Origin: an uncultured Actinomycetes bacterium
GTDB taxonomy: Bacteria; Actinomycetota; Acidimicrobiia; Acidimicrobiales; RAAP-2
NCBI GenBank assembly: GCA_903918025.1
Contig: CAIXCS010000036.1
Span: forward strand, 1 to 51,416
Reading direction: 5' to 3'
DNA: 51,416 nucleotides
Both the position numbers and the translations under genes were made by a program. The first letter of the stretch is position 1, and each line of letters starts with the position of its first letter. Below are positions 17,306 through 27,556 of the stretch, in pieces. The notes beneath the pieces were generated by a model that was given only the letters and a program-made list of their open reading frames with translations, did not search any database and was not told where the DNA came from.

Positions 17306-20300
17306 ATGGTTCCTGTGGTGAAGAGATGCATCGTCGCAGGTACGGCTCTTGCAACCATCGTCAGCGGGCTCACGGTCATTGGACCTACCCTCAACGCGGG
17401 TGCCACGGCGACTCCCGCACCAATCCTCACGCTCACCGCAGGCACTGGAGTGTCCGGGGTCCCAACTCCAGGGCCAGCTATCAGCTCAAAGTTGAGCAAT
17501 CCCCGTGGGATTGCGATTGATTCGCTGGGCAATCTCTACATCGCCGACACGGGTGACAGTGTGATTGAAAAGGTCACCCCAACGGGAGCGTTGTCGATTA
17601 TTGCGGGGACCGGCATCTCCGGCGTCCCAGTTCCAGGCCCAGCCGCCAATTCCCCGCTGGGCCACCCATCGGGAATGGCAGTAGATACCGCCGGCAATCT
17701 CTACATTGCCGACACGGGGTACAGCGCAATTGAAAAGATCACCCCTGACGGCGTGCTGTCGATTGTTGCTGGAACCGGCACAAGAGGCACAGAAATCTCA
17801 GGACCCGCGACGAGTTCGCCGTTGGGTGTTCCTACCGGTGTTGCGGTTGATACCTCGGGCAATCTCTACATTGCCGACTACCTCAATACCGTGGTTGAGA
17901 AGGTGACCCCCGATGGAGTCCTGTCAATTGCAGCCGGTAGTGGCAACTTCGGCATGCCATCGCCTGGGCCAGCCGTCAGTTCGCCGCTTGGCAACCCGAG
18001 AGGTGTCGCGCTCGATCCTTCGGGCAATCTCTACATTGCCGATTCTGGATATGGCGTCATCGAGAGAGTGACACAAGCAGGGGTGTTGTCCGTCGTCGCT
18101 GGAACTGGAATCAGGGGAACCCCAACTCCCGGGACTGCGACCAATTCAAAGTTGAACAACCCCTATGCCCTTACCGTCGATGGGGCAGGGAATCTCTACG
18201 TGGCCGACGCCGACAATCACGTGATCGTGAAAGTCACCTCGGGCGGCATGTTGTCGATTTTCGCCGGCACGGGTATCTACGGCACACCAACTCCGGGGAC
18301 CGCAACCGGTTCTAAGTTCGCGAGCCCAAATGGTGTGGCTCTTGATCCCTCGGGCAATCTCTTCATTGCCGACTACGACAGTGCAGTGGTTGCAGGAATC
18401 ACGCTCTCCGGAGTCTTGATCGCGAACCTCCCTCAATCAGGCGCAGTTGGCGGCTCCTTCCAACCATCCGTTGCCTCAACCGGTGACGGGACGACCACGG
18501 TGACGAGCGCCACTCCGGGGATTTGCTCAGTGGCGAGTTCGACGGTGAACTTCATCGCTGCCGGGACCTGTCGCCTCATCTCCCATGTCGCAACTGGCCC
18601 CAACTATTCGGGGGCCGACGGGGCAATCCAGTCCTTCACCGTCGCACGTGGAACACCGTCAGTCTTGCTCTCGATCATCGCTGGAACTGGCACTCAAGGC
18701 ACCACCGTTCCTGGACCTGCGACGAGCTCGATGCTTGGTGGACCGAATGGCGTCGCCGTCGATTCGTCAGGCAATCTCTACATAGCCGACTACTTCAACC
18801 ATGTCGTGCAGAAAGTTACTCCCACTGGGCTGCTCTCGATTGTTGTAGGGAACGGCACTCAGGGTGCCCCAACACCTGGTTCCGCAACAAGTTCAATGTT
18901 GAGCAATGCTCAAAGCGTCGCAGTCGACGCAGCCGGCAATCTCTACATTGCCGATTCCGACAATGCCGTTGTTGAGAAGGTGACTCCCAGCGGCATTCTC
19001 TCGATCGTTGCAGGAACCGGTGTCCCTGGAGCCCCGACCTCAGGAGACGCCACGCATTCGATGTTGCGCTACCCCGCGGATGTCGCCGTCGATTCGTCAG
19101 GCAACCTCTACATTGCCGACTACAGCAACTACGTCATTGAGAAGGTCACGCCCGCCGGGAACTTGTCGATCGTCGCAGGAACGGGAAACTATGGGACACC
19201 CTCGCCTGGATCTGCCACCAGTTCACGATTGAATGGTCCTTCAGGCGTTGCAGTTGACGCGACGGGCAACCTCTACATTGCCGACTCCGGCAATGCCCTC
19301 GTTGACAAGGTCGACCCTTCAGGTGCACTGTCGATAGTTGCAGGAAATGGAACGTCGGGCGCACCTACTCCAGGGGTCGGAATCGGGTCGATGTTGGGTT
19401 ATCCCGAAGGTCTCGCCGTTGACCCCTCTGGAAATCTCTACATAGCTGACTTCTTCAACCACGTGATCGAAAAGCTCTCCCCCGCGGGGATGTTGTCGAT
19501 CGTCGCAGGCACTGGGACTTCAGGTCCCCCGACACCAGGGCCAATTGGAAACTCAATGCTGAGTGGCCCCAACGGTCTTGCGGTTGACGCAACGGGCAAT
19601 CTCTACATTGCCGACTACGACAACGCGGTTGTTGAGAAAATCACCCCTGCCGTGTCAATCAGCAACCTTCCACACTCTGGCGCAGTTGGGGGGAGTTTCA
19701 CGCCGACCATCGCTACGACTGGTGACGGGGCGACCTCGGTCGTGAGTTCGACCAATGGCGTTTGCACGGTCTCGGGCTCCACGGTTACCTACGTTTCTGT
19801 TGGAACCTGCACCCTCATCGCACGAGTTGGTGTTGGCACGAACTACACGAACGCTGAGGGTTCAAACCAGTCGTTCACAATTTCGAGAGGCATGCCACCG
19901 ATGCTTCTCTCCGTCGTTGCTGGAACGGGCACTGCAGGAACGCCGGCTCCGGGACCCGCCACGAGTTCGAGATTGAGTAACCCAAGGGGTGTTGCAGTCG
20001 ACTCCTCGGGCAATCTCTATCTTGCCGATACGGGGTACAGCGTGATCGAGAAGGTCTCCCCAAGCGGCGTGCTGTCAATCGTTGCCGGAACGGGCACGCC
20101 CGGTGCACCGACGCCCGGGTTGGCTACCAGTTCAAAGTTGAACGTCCCAAATGGTGTCGCTGTCGACCCATCGGGCAATCTCTACATTGCTGACTCGGGA
20201 AATTCGCTGGTAGAGAAAGTTACCCAAGCAGGAGTGCTGTCCATCGTCGCTGGAACCGGAACGTCTGGCATACCAACCCCTGGGGCAGCCACCAGTTCGA

Positions 20301-21442
20301 GGCTCAACAGCCCGAGTGGTCTCGCTTTTGACGCATCGGGCAATCTCTACATTGCTGACTCAGATAACCACGTCATTGAGAAGGTCACACCAGGTGGGGT
20401 GCTGTCCATCGTCGCTGGAACCGGCGCGTATGGAACCCCAATTCCTGGAGTGGCAACAAGTTCGACGCTCTGTTTCCCCAATGGCATTGCAGTTGACGGA
20501 TCGGGCAATCTCTTCATTGCCGACGCCGATGCACATGTCATTGAGAAGGTCACGCCAGCCGGTGCACTCTCTATCGTCGCAGGTACCGGTTTGATTGGTG
20601 CACCGACATCCGGTCCGGCAACGAATTCGCGCTTGAGTGTCCCGAATGGTGTGGTCACGGACGCTCTGGGCAATCTCTATATCGCCGATGCCGACAATCA
20701 CGTGATCGAAAAAGTCACTCCCGGCGGAGTCATCTCCGTCGTCGTTGGAACAGGCAGTTACGGAGCGCCAACCCCTGGTATCGCCACCGCTTCAAAGTTG
20801 AGCTATCCCAATGGAATCGGCATGGACGCTGTGGGCAATCTCTTCATTGCCGACGCCGACGGCCATGTCATTGAGAAGGTCACCTCGATCGTGTTCATCT
20901 CCAACATGCCTCTTTCCGGTGTCGTTGGCGCTTCCTTTACCTCCACCCTTTCGACTACAGGGGACGGTCCGACTTCAGTGACGAGTTCCACACCTGGTGT
21001 GTGTACCGTTTCCGGATCGATCGTGAACTACATCGCTTCCGGCATCTGTCAGCTCACTTCGCACGTTGGACAGGGAACGAAGTACATGGGTGCAAACGGC
21101 ATGCAGCAATCCCTCCAGGTTCAGGGTTTTGCGATCATGCTGCCCTCGCTTCCGCGAGCCACTCGTGGCCGAAGTTTTGGGCCTATTCGGTTGCAATCAA
21201 CTGGAGTTGCCCCTTCAACGCCACTCAAGAGTGTCACGGTTTCGTGGACGCCGGTGGCAGTGCCGCTCGGGCTCAAACTCTCGTCTTCTGGAGTGCTCTC
21301 CGGTGTCGTGACCACCCACGTGGCACCCGGAAACCGTGCAGTCAAGGTGCGCGCCATCGAAACCATCAAGACTCGAGTTGGTGGAACATTCAAGGTGACC
21401 TCATTCGCCGTTCAAGCGACGTTTACCCTCACGATTCGATAG
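17306..21442 (+). CDS. Giant secreted NHL-repeat protein: three modules of 6 NHL blades plus an Ig-like domain, then a C-terminal Ig-like domain
   Basis: I chose the ATG at 17306 (MVPVVKRCIVAGTALATIVSGLTVIGPTLNAGA, a signal peptide) within track ORF 17186..21442. There are 18 copies of the NHL core G-N-L-Y/F-I/V/L-A-D...V-I/V-E/V/Q/D-K-V/I/L-T/S/D-P/Q/S-x-G. Every six blades are followed by LP-SGAVGGSF...TGDG-T-V-S-T-G-C-V-...G-C-L Ig-like inserts. Confidence 0.85.
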   Translation: MVPVVKRCIVAGTALATIVSGLTVIGPTLNAGATATPAPILTLTAGTGVSGVPTPGPAISSKLSNPRGIAIDSLGNLYIADTGDSVIEKVTPTGALSIIAGTGISGVPVPGPAANSPLGHPSGMAVDTAGNLYIADTGYSAIEKITPDGVLSIVAGTGTRGTEISGPATSSPLGVPTGVAVDTSGNLYIADYLNTVVEKVTPDGVLSIAAGSGNFGMPSPGPAVSSPLGNPRGVALDPSGNLYIADSGYGVIERVTQAGVLSVVAGTGIRGTPTPGTATNSKLNNPYALTVDGAGNLYVADADNHVIVKVTSGGMLSIFAGTGIYGTPTPGTATGSKFASPNGVALDPSGNLFIADYDSAVVAGITLSGVLIANLPQSGAVGGSFQPSVASTGDGTTTVTSATPGICSVASSTVNFIAAGTCRLISHVATGPNYSGADGAIQSFTVARGTPSVLLSIIAGTGTQGTTVPGPATSSMLGGPNGVAVDSSGNLYIADYFNHVVQKVTPTGLLSIVVGNGTQGAPTPGSATSSMLSNAQSVAVDAAGNLYIADSDNAVVEKVTPSGILSIVAGTGVPGAPTSGDATHSMLRYPADVAVDSSGNLYIADYSNYVIEKVTPAGNLSIVAGTGNYGTPSPGSATSSRLNGPSGVAVDATGNLYIADSGNALVDKVDPSGALSIVAGNGTSGAPTPGVGIGSMLGYPEGLAVDPSGNLYIADFFNHVIEKLSPAGMLSIVAGTGTSGPPTPGPIGNSMLSGPNGLAVDATGNLYIADYDNAVVEKITPAVSISNLPHSGAVGGSFTPTIATTGDGATSVVSSTNGVCTVSGSTVTYVSVGTCTLIARVGVGTNYTNAEGSNQSFTISRGMPPMLLSVVAGTGTAGTPAPGPATSSRLSNPRGVAVDSSGNLYLADTGYSVIEKVSPSGVLSIVAGTGTPGAPTPGLATSSKLNVPNGVAVDPSGNLYIADSGNSLVEKVTQAGVLSIVAGTGTSGIPTPGAATSSRLNSPSGLAFDASGNLYIADSDNHVIEKVTPGGVLSIVAGTGAYGTPIPGVATSSTLCFPNGIAVDGSGNLFIADADAHVIEKVTPAGALSIVAGTGLIGAPTSGPATNSRLSVPNGVVTDALGNLYIADADNHVIEKVTPGGVISVVVGTGSYGAPTPGIATASKLSYPNGIGMDAVGNLFIADADGHVIEKVTSIVFISNMPLSGVVGASFTSTLSTTGDGPTSVTSSTPGVCTVSGSIVNYIASGICQLTSHVGQGTKYMGANGMQQSLQVQGFAIMLPSLPRATRGRSFGPIRLQSTGVAPSTPLKSVTVSWTPVAVPLGLKLSSSGVLSGVVTTHVAPGNRAVKVRAIETIKTRVGGTFKVTSFAVQATFTLTIR
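17440..21125 (+). repeat. Coding tandem repeats: about 165-177-bp NHL units nested in a super-repeat of about 1.23 kb, present three times
   Basis: The near-identical 20-mer ggcaatctctacattgccga recurs about 18 times (for example near 17528, 17693, 17858, 18024). The Ig-like inserts begin at about 18428, 19658 and 20897, which is a spacing of about 1230 bp. Confidence 0.85.
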
Positions 21443-21824
21443 CCCAACAGAGGCTCCCACCTGGGTTCGGACCGGCAACCTTCTCAACCGCAGAGGGAAT
21501 GGTTGCGCCAATGGAGCGTTGGCAAGTGTTCATTGCTCTGACGGTTCTAGGCCTCCAATTCCTTGGTATCTCCAGAGGTTCAGCATGGTGAATTTCGCCG
21601 TGAGTACACTCTGTGGTCGGAGTGTTCTTTGAGAGAACTCATGGTCGAGGGAATGCCCCGAGGACTCCGTATTGGCGCTAAGGGGATTCATGCATTCTCG
21701 ATTCTTGACGTTCTGGTCGAACTCCAAGTTGGCTTCAGATCGCAACACCGATGGGTTGATTTCGTCTCGGTGGAAGTTTCGAAATTCACAGAAACAACAT
21801 TTCCACTCTCCACGCTTTCTCTTG

Positions 21825-22787
21825 ATGGCTGGCTCTGCTGCAATTTCGATCTTGGCTGCTTCGACGAGTTCGCAGGTTCTTGCTGGTGCAGCGTCGGTTG
21901 GAGGATCAATCGATACGAAGGCTCAACTCACCGTGGCCCTTAAGGCTGCGTCCAAGTTGACGACACTGCCCTCTCAACTTGTCGTTCCCCTCTCTGGAGC
22001 CGGTGTTGACTACCCAGATTGGACCATCAACCACTTCTGTTTCCTCAACAACCTCGACATACATCCAGTTCAAGACCGCCCGTCAGACGCTACGTGCTCC
22101 TTCGGAGACACCAAATCTTCAACTGTATTGGCTCTGCTCGGAGACTCCCAGGCAAATCTTTGGCTCCCTACGTTCGATGCAATGGGTAAGCAAGATCACG
22201 TCCGGATCGTCTTCTATGCGTTGGCTTCCTGCCAAATGGCAAGTATCGATACGTGGAATAACTGGGGGCTTGGCCCATCCCAAGGCTGCAGCGCGTTCAG
22301 GGCCTGGGCGATGTCGCAGATCTCGATCTTGAGGCCGAAATATACGGTCCTAGCCTTCTACGCTGACGATGACCACTTCACGTTTGACCACACGCTCATT
22401 GCGAGGGCTGACTACGGTGCAGCACTTGTTCAAACGCTGCGAACGCTAAAGCTCTCTTCAAACAACGTCATGATGCTCGGAAGAATTCCGCTGCCTCGCA
22501 ATGATCCGAAGGTTTGCGTGGCTATTCACCCCACCAACCTGCAAGGATGCTCCACTCCGCGTGCGGCTGCAGTGACGGCTGCTACAGAGGCAATGCTGAA
22601 GAGCACGTCGAAGACTGCCAAGGTTGGGTACTTCGATCTGATGCATTACGGCTGTACGGCGGCTGTTTGTCCTCCGGTGATCAATGGCACCATTGCGTAT
22701 GTCGACCTGTATCACTACTCAATGCACTACCTAGCTGAGATTCAAAAACTCGTCATTAGCGAACTTCACGCAGCAAAGATTCAATAG
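21825..22787 (+). CDS. Secreted SGNH/GDSL-like hydrolase (stand-alone version of the OafA-type C-terminal domain)
   Basis: I chose the ATG at 21825 (MAGSAAISILAASTSSQVLAGAAS, a signal peptide). It has a block I GDS motif (LALLGDSQANLW) and a C-terminal YVDLYHYS (D-x-x-H). The track ORF begins at 21672. Confidence 0.6.
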   Translation: MAGSAAISILAASTSSQVLAGAASVGGSIDTKAQLTVALKAASKLTTLPSQLVVPLSGAGVDYPDWTINHFCFLNNLDIHPVQDRPSDATCSFGDTKSSTVLALLGDSQANLWLPTFDAMGKQDHVRIVFYALASCQMASIDTWNNWGLGPSQGCSAFRAWAMSQISILRPKYTVLAFYADDDHFTFDHTLIARADYGAALVQTLRTLKLSSNNVMMLGRIPLPRNDPKVCVAIHPTNLQGCSTPRAAAVTAATEAMLKSTSKTAKVGYFDLMHYGCTAAVCPPVINGTIAYVDLYHYSMHYLAEIQKLVISELHAAKIQ

Positions 22788-22978
22788 CAGTACGAATCGC
22801 CTCGGACGGTGAAGGTGTGCGGATCGCCGCCAGCAAAGAAGAAGCCTTGGCATGAACGACGAAATAGGTGACGCGAGACCACAAGGTTTGAGTGCTCTAC
22901 CACCGAACGATTGCCAGGAAGGGAACTGCATTGTCTTTCCTGGCTAGGCACTTCAAGGTGACGTGCTAACACTTTGGC

Positions 22979-23869
22979 GTGGCTGAACCAAAGGTTGTCC
23001 TCTTCTACTGCTTCACTCCCCAGCACGACCCAGAAGCCATTCGCCTTTGGCAATTGACGCTCTGTGAAAGCTTGGATCTGACGGGTCGGATCATCATCTC
23101 GCCCCATGGCATCAACGCAGCTGTTGGCGGAGAGATGAAAGCGGTGAAGCGCTACATCCGCTCGACCAAGTCGTATCGTCCGTACAGGAACATCGACGTG
23201 AAGTGGTCGGTCGGAAGCGGCAATGACTTCCCTCGATTGTCCGTGAAGGTCCGGCCAGAGCTCGTTGCCTTTGGGGCTCCCGACGAAGTAGTCGTGACGA
23301 GCCTTGGAGTCGAGGGCGGTGGCACGCATCTCAGCCCACAACAGGTCCATGAACTCGTCGACGCTCGTGGTGAGGAAGTCGTGTTCTTTGATGGACGCAA
23401 CGCCTTTGAGGCGGAAGTCGGCAAATTTCGCAACGCGATTGTTCCTGACGTCAAAACCTCACATGATTTCGTGGCCGAAATCGAAAGTGGGAAGTATGAC
23501 GAGCTGAAAGATAAGCCAGTCGTCACCTACTGCACCGGCGGCATTCGTTGCGAAGTACTGAGTGCCGTCATGAAGCGCCGTGGCTTCAACGAGGTCTACC
23601 AACTACAGGGTGGCATCATTCGCTACGGCGAAGCTTTTGGCGACGATGGACTTTGGGAAGGATCACTCGTCGTCTTTGACGAGCGCATGATTCAAACCTT
23701 CTCCGACCACCCAAAGGTGATTAGCCACTGCGAATCGTGCGAGACACCAACGACCAACTACGTGAACTGCGGCAACCTTGCCTGCAGAGCGTTGCTACTA
23801 CTTTGCCCAACATGTGTTGAAGCTGGTGCTGGATTCAACTGCTCTCCCAGTCACGCTGGTCGCAGGTAG
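22979..23869 (+). CDS. trhO: Rhodanese-domain tRNA U34 hydroxylase TrhO (UPF0176/YceA family)
   Basis: The N-terminus VVLFYCFTP...[16 protein letters not shown] and the rhodanese active-site loop YCTGGIRCE are present, with a C-terminal Cys cluster (CESCE...C..LAC...LCPTC). It has a GTG start. Confidence 0.8.
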   Translation: MAEPKVVLFYCFTPQHDPEAIRLWQLTLCESLDLTGRIIISPHGINAAVGGEMKAVKRYIRSTKSYRPYRNIDVKWSVGSGNDFPRLSVKVRPELVAFGAPDEVVVTSLGVEGGGTHLSPQQVHELVDARGEEVVFFDGRNAFEAEVGKFRNAIVPDVKTSHDFVAEIESGKYDELKDKPVVTYCTGGIRCEVLSAVMKRRGFNEVYQLQGGIIRYGEAFGDDGLWEGSLVVFDERMIQTFSDHPKVISHCESCETPTTNYVNCGNLACRALLLLCPTCVEAGAGFNCSPSHAGRR

Positions 23870-24082
23870 CTGAAGCTTCTCAGGACCCCCCCTTCACGTC
23901 ATGAGAGCTAGCAACAAGTGGCAACAGTGCAGTTCGCCGCTCGAGGAATTGTTGACTCGCACAATGGATCTTCATCATCAGAAACCACTCGTCGGCGACG
24001 AAGGTCGCCAATGTCGTCGCTACCCGATCATCCCGACTCCAAACAATCTCCTCTATCTTGAGAAGACTGAAGGAAAGCCTGA

Positions 24083-24433
<351 letters not shown>

Positions 24434-24441
24434 GACGACCT

Positions 24442-25692
24442 GTGAATAGCACTGACACCCTCTGGGTCATCGTTTCGGCAGCCCTCGTCCTCTTTATGAC
24501 CCCCGGCCTCGCCCTCTTCTATGGCGGCATGGTTCGCAGCAAGAACGTGCTGGCCATCATGATGAACAGCCTCGCTGCCATGGCGATCGTCACGGTGTTG
24601 TGGACGCTTGTCGCTGGTAGTTGGGCGTTTGGTTCGGACCTCGGTGGTGGTCTCTTAGGAAACTTCTCGTTGGTGGGCCTCGCACATATCCCTTCGAATC
24701 TCGCGGGAATGGTGGGCGTCCACGCTTCGCCACTCGCGCTCTTGCTCTATCAAATGATGTTCGCCATCATCACTGCCGCTCTCATTAGCGGTGGCACAGC
24801 GGACCGAATCAAGTTCACGTCGTTCGTGGTCCTGATCAGCGTGTGGACACTGCTTGTCTATGCCCCACTTGCCCACTGGGTCTTTAGCCCAACCGGATGG
24901 CTGGCACACCGCGGCGTGCTCGACTTCGCCGGAGGGACGGTCGTGGAGATCAACTCTGGATTCTCCACTTTGGCCGTTGTGCTGGTTCTCGGAGCTCGGC
25001 GGGGTTGGCCACGCGAGTCCATGATGCCCCACTCGGTTCCTCTCTCACTGCTCGGTCTCGGCATCCTCTGGTTTGGTTGGCTCGGTTTCAATGGCGGCTC
25101 CGCAATGAGCGTGAACAATGTCGCCGTTTCGGCCGTCTTCAACACGCAACTGGCTGCGGCCGCCGGTCTCATTGGCTGGTTGCTCTATGAACGCGTGACT
25201 GAGCACTTTGCCACGACGCTTGGCGCCGCCTCTGGTGCCGTGGCCGGCATGGTCGCCATCACGCCATGCGCTGGCTACGTCCCTCCCTACGCAGCCCTGA
25301 TTATTGGGTTGATCGCGGGGCTCGCGTGCGCCAAGGCGGTTCGCCTGAAGTTCAAGTTCGGCATCGACGACTCGCTGGATGTGCTTGGCGTTCACGGCGT
25401 TGGTGGTGTGGTTGGCATGATTCTCTTGGGCTTCTTTGCCACCAAGCAGATCAATCACGGAGGTGCGAATGGCCTCTTCTCCGGAGGCGGGCTGCACCTT
25501 GAACTCAATCAGTTGCTCGCAGTCGTCGTCAGCGCGTCGTTTGCCTTTGGTGCCACGTGGGTGATTGCCCAGGTCATCGATCGCACGATGGGCCTGCGCG
25601 TCTCTGACGAAGACGAAATGAGAGGTCTCGATCTTTCACAGCACGCAGAGAGTGCGTACTCCGCAGGCAACACTGGTCGTTTCAGTAGTTAG
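24442..25692 (+). CDS. amt: Ammonium transporter (Amt family)
   Basis: Amt signatures are present across 11 TMs: LVLFMTPGLALFYGGMVRSKN, DFAGGTVVEINSGFS and VHGVGGVVGMILLGFFA. It has a GTG start 8 nt after glnK. Confidence 0.9.
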   Translation: MNSTDTLWVIVSAALVLFMTPGLALFYGGMVRSKNVLAIMMNSLAAMAIVTVLWTLVAGSWAFGSDLGGGLLGNFSLVGLAHIPSNLAGMVGVHASPLALLLYQMMFAIITAALISGGTADRIKFTSFVVLISVWTLLVYAPLAHWVFSPTGWLAHRGVLDFAGGTVVEINSGFSTLAVVLVLGARRGWPRESMMPHSVPLSLLGLGILWFGWLGFNGGSAMSVNNVAVSAVFNTQLAAAAGLIGWLLYERVTEHFATTLGAASGAVAGMVAITPCAGYVPPYAALIIGLIAGLACAKAVRLKFKFGIDDSLDVLGVHGVGGVVGMILLGFFATKQINHGGANGLFSGGGLHLELNQLLAVVVSASFAFGATWVIAQVIDRTMGLRVSDEDEMRGLDLSQHAESAYSAGNTGRFSS

Positions 25693-25693
25693 T

Positions 25694-25708
25694 TGGTGCG
25701 GGCGGGGT
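25694..25708 (+). repeat. Direct repeat 1: degenerate copy (13/15) of the tRNA-Arg 3' end (tggtgcgggcggggt)
   Basis: It starts 1 nt after the amt stop codon. Compare 28286-28300 and 29594-29608 (tggtgcgggcggagg). Confidence 0.75.
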
Positions 25709-25781
25709 TGTTGAGTTTCACGGCTTGGTTGATAGATGAGTCGCGACGTTGTTGATACGGACGTGAACTCCACGACGGGGA

Positions 25782-26190
25782 ATGTCCAAGTCTCTCGGCG
25801 TGGTGTAGTCAGTCATTCACCAGGGTTTGTCAACGGCCAACGTGGCGATGAGGTACAACGTGTCATGCCCCAGGCCCGCACCTTGGTGACCCGCTCGGGC
25901 GCCGGAGGTCTTGGAACTACAGCGCCCCGGAGTTCTTGATCGACCAGTAATCCTCGGCAATGACAAACGACACGGCTGCAGCAATCGTCTCGCTCCGCCA
26001 CGAGCTGGTTGCCCCTGGGTCTAGACGAAGGTCCCATCACCATTGCATGGTGCTTCCGACAGCGGCGCCAGGCCGAGCCGTCAACCTCAAGCATGGTCCG
26101 TTGTTTCTCTGCAATGGTCGTGTGTAGCGCTGGGGCTGCTGAGTAGTGACCTGTCGTGGCGTTTCGACGACGGCGTTCAGTCGGCACCAA
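25782..26190 (+). pseudogene. IS481-family transposase 5' remnant (HTH region only; frameshifted, with stops)
   Basis: The DNA is collinear with 28374 to about 28780 (shared strings aatgtccaag, gtaatcctcggcaa, tcgctccgccacga, atcaccattgc). It is broken by stops and truncated at the fic stop codon. It keeps TGG (I-A-W) where the intact copy has TGA. Confidence 0.65.
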
Positions 26191-26192
26191 GC

Positions 26193-26789
26193 TCAGGTGA
26201 CGACAAATTCCTCGAGCGGTCCGAAATCCCCTCGGTCCGCAGCTCGTAGAGCGATGAGATATTGCTGTCGGACTTGCTCGATATTGCGAGCTCCGCTGAA
26301 AGCGCCCCAGGTGAGCGGCGGCTGCCCTAGTGCCACTATGAGGTAATCGGCAGCCAGACGGCCATGTCTGCCGTTGCCGTTGGAGAACGGGTGAATCCAA
26401 ACGAGGCGGTGATGAAACCGGACTGCAGCGATCAGTGGCTCCTCGCTTGCAATCCAAATCTTGGTATCGCTCACGAGGTCTCGCACCCTGACGGCAATCT
26501 GCACGGGATCGATGCCAAGCGACATCTCGAGTTGCCGATACTGGCCAGCCCAAGTCCAAACGTCACCAAACATTGCTCGATGAAGGTCTCGTAGATACTT
26601 GTCGTCCAGCAGCGCCTCTACCGTTGGCGGCCGTCTCCCCTGACGCGCTCGAAGGATGTTCTCCTGTTCCGCCTCGTTCAACTCGTCACGCGTCGTGACG
26701 TAGGTCAACTTCAACCCTTGGCGGTCGTCGTCACCAAGTGGCGTGTGGCCATCTCCAAGTGGAATGAGCGGATTGGTGGGCGGGGTCAT
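26193..26789 (-). CDS. Fic-family protein of the 'mobile mystery protein B' type
   Basis: It has the Fic motif HPFSNGNGRHGR, preceded by RFHHRLVWI. FGDVWTWAGQYR and an N-terminal DELNEAEQENI match my recollection of the mob_myst_B family. Confidence 0.85.
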   Translation of the reverse strand: MTPPTNPLIPLGDGHTPLGDDDRQGLKLTYVTTRDELNEAEQENILRARQGRRPPTVEALLDDKYLRDLHRAMFGDVWTWAGQYRQLEMSLGIDPVQIAVRVRDLVSDTKIWIASEEPLIAAVRFHHRLVWIHPFSNGNGRHGRLAADYLIVALGQPPLTWGAFSGARNIEQVRQQYLIALRAADRGDFGPLEEFVVT

Positions 26790-27253
26790 GAAGTCAGCCG
26801 CGTTTTGGGCTCTGCCCAGAGGTTTCGTCCGTCTACAAATTGTTTGGCAAGCTCATCAACTTGTGCCTCGGCGACGGCAGGCCCTGGTGCCTGATCCTCG
26901 AGGGCCATCGTGTGCCACACAACCTCGACTTCGGCCCGTGCTCGCAGAACGGCCTGACGGTGCACCATCTCCTCGAGTGGCTCGTTTGGCACGAAGACAT
27001 AGTGAACTTGGCAGTTCAGAGCTCGGGCAGCGCGCTCGAGCGTGTCGAGGCGGATAGAACCCAGCTCTTCTGACCGTTCGAGTTGGCTGATTCGGGACTG
27101 GGTGATACCCATGCGTTGACTGAGTTCGCCTGTAGTCATGCCGAGCGCCTGCCTGATCGCTCGGATCCAGCCTCGAGGCGGTCGCTCACCCAAGTCAAGA
27201 CCGGCAAGTCGTTGATCAAGACGTCTCCTCGCGGTGCGTCGAATGGTGTTCAC
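26786..27253 (-). CDS. XRE-type HTH protein of the 'mobile mystery protein A' type (putative antitoxin/regulator of the Fic protein)
   Basis: It has RGWIRAIRQALGMTTGELSQRMGITQSRISQLERSE (an HTH_XRE) followed by LDTLERAARALNCQVHYVFVP. A 4-nt overlap couples it to fic. Confidence 0.8.
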   Translation of the reverse strand: MNTIRRTARRRLDQRLAGLDLGERPPRGWIRAIRQALGMTTGELSQRMGITQSRISQLERSEELGSIRLDTLERAARALNCQVHYVFVPNEPLEEMVHRQAVLRARAEVEVVWHTMALEDQAPGPAVAEAQVDELAKQFVDGRNLWAEPKTRLTS

Positions 27254-27314
27254 TTCGGCTCCTTTGAGTAGAAAGAACTACTTACTTACCTATCAGGCTA
27301 GTAGATAAAGCAAC

Positions 27315-27339
27315 TGATAACTCACAAAATGAGTTGATA
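27315..27339. promoter_or_regulatory. Candidate operator: an inverted repeat in the AT-rich leader upstream of the XRE gene
   Basis: The sequence is tgatAACTCAcaaaaTGAGTTgata, a 6-bp perfect inverted repeat flanked by tgata/gata. It lies about 60-85 nt upstream of the start at 27253, in the most AT-rich stretch of the window. Confidence 0.2.
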
Positions 27340-27556
27340 ATCCTATTAAAAGCGTCTTCGCTCCATGGGGTTGAGCACGGCCGTCGTACTCACGAAGATC
27401 ACCTAAAAGGACAAGAGTGTCAGTAGGGAAGCGTGGACGCCGCCTCCACGGAGTCCTTGACTCGAACAGCGGTCGAACCATTGATGCCTTGGCGCAGGTA
27501 CTTCAAAACTCAGCCAATCGATGACATTGAAACGCTCGGAAGTCCTCTCCGACGAC

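Noticed and set aside
17440-21125. Regularly spaced, near-identical 20-mers (ggcaatctctacattgccga), which could superficially suggest a CRISPR-like or other non-coding repeat array
   Set aside because: The repeats are in frame within one long ORF and encode the NHL core GNLYIAD. The 'spacers' are also conserved and coding, and no cas genes are present.
22781-23350. 189-aa minus-strand ORF overlapping the 5' end of trhO
   Set aside because: It has no motifs and is antisense to a gene with a strong family signature (YCTGGIRCE). It is probably a shadow ORF.
25813-26559. 248-aa minus-strand ORF spanning the IS remnant and the fic gene
   Set aside because: It is extremely Arg/Ser/Cys-rich and overlaps the well-supported Fic frame (HPFSNGNGRHGR). 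It is a typical high-GC shadow ORF.
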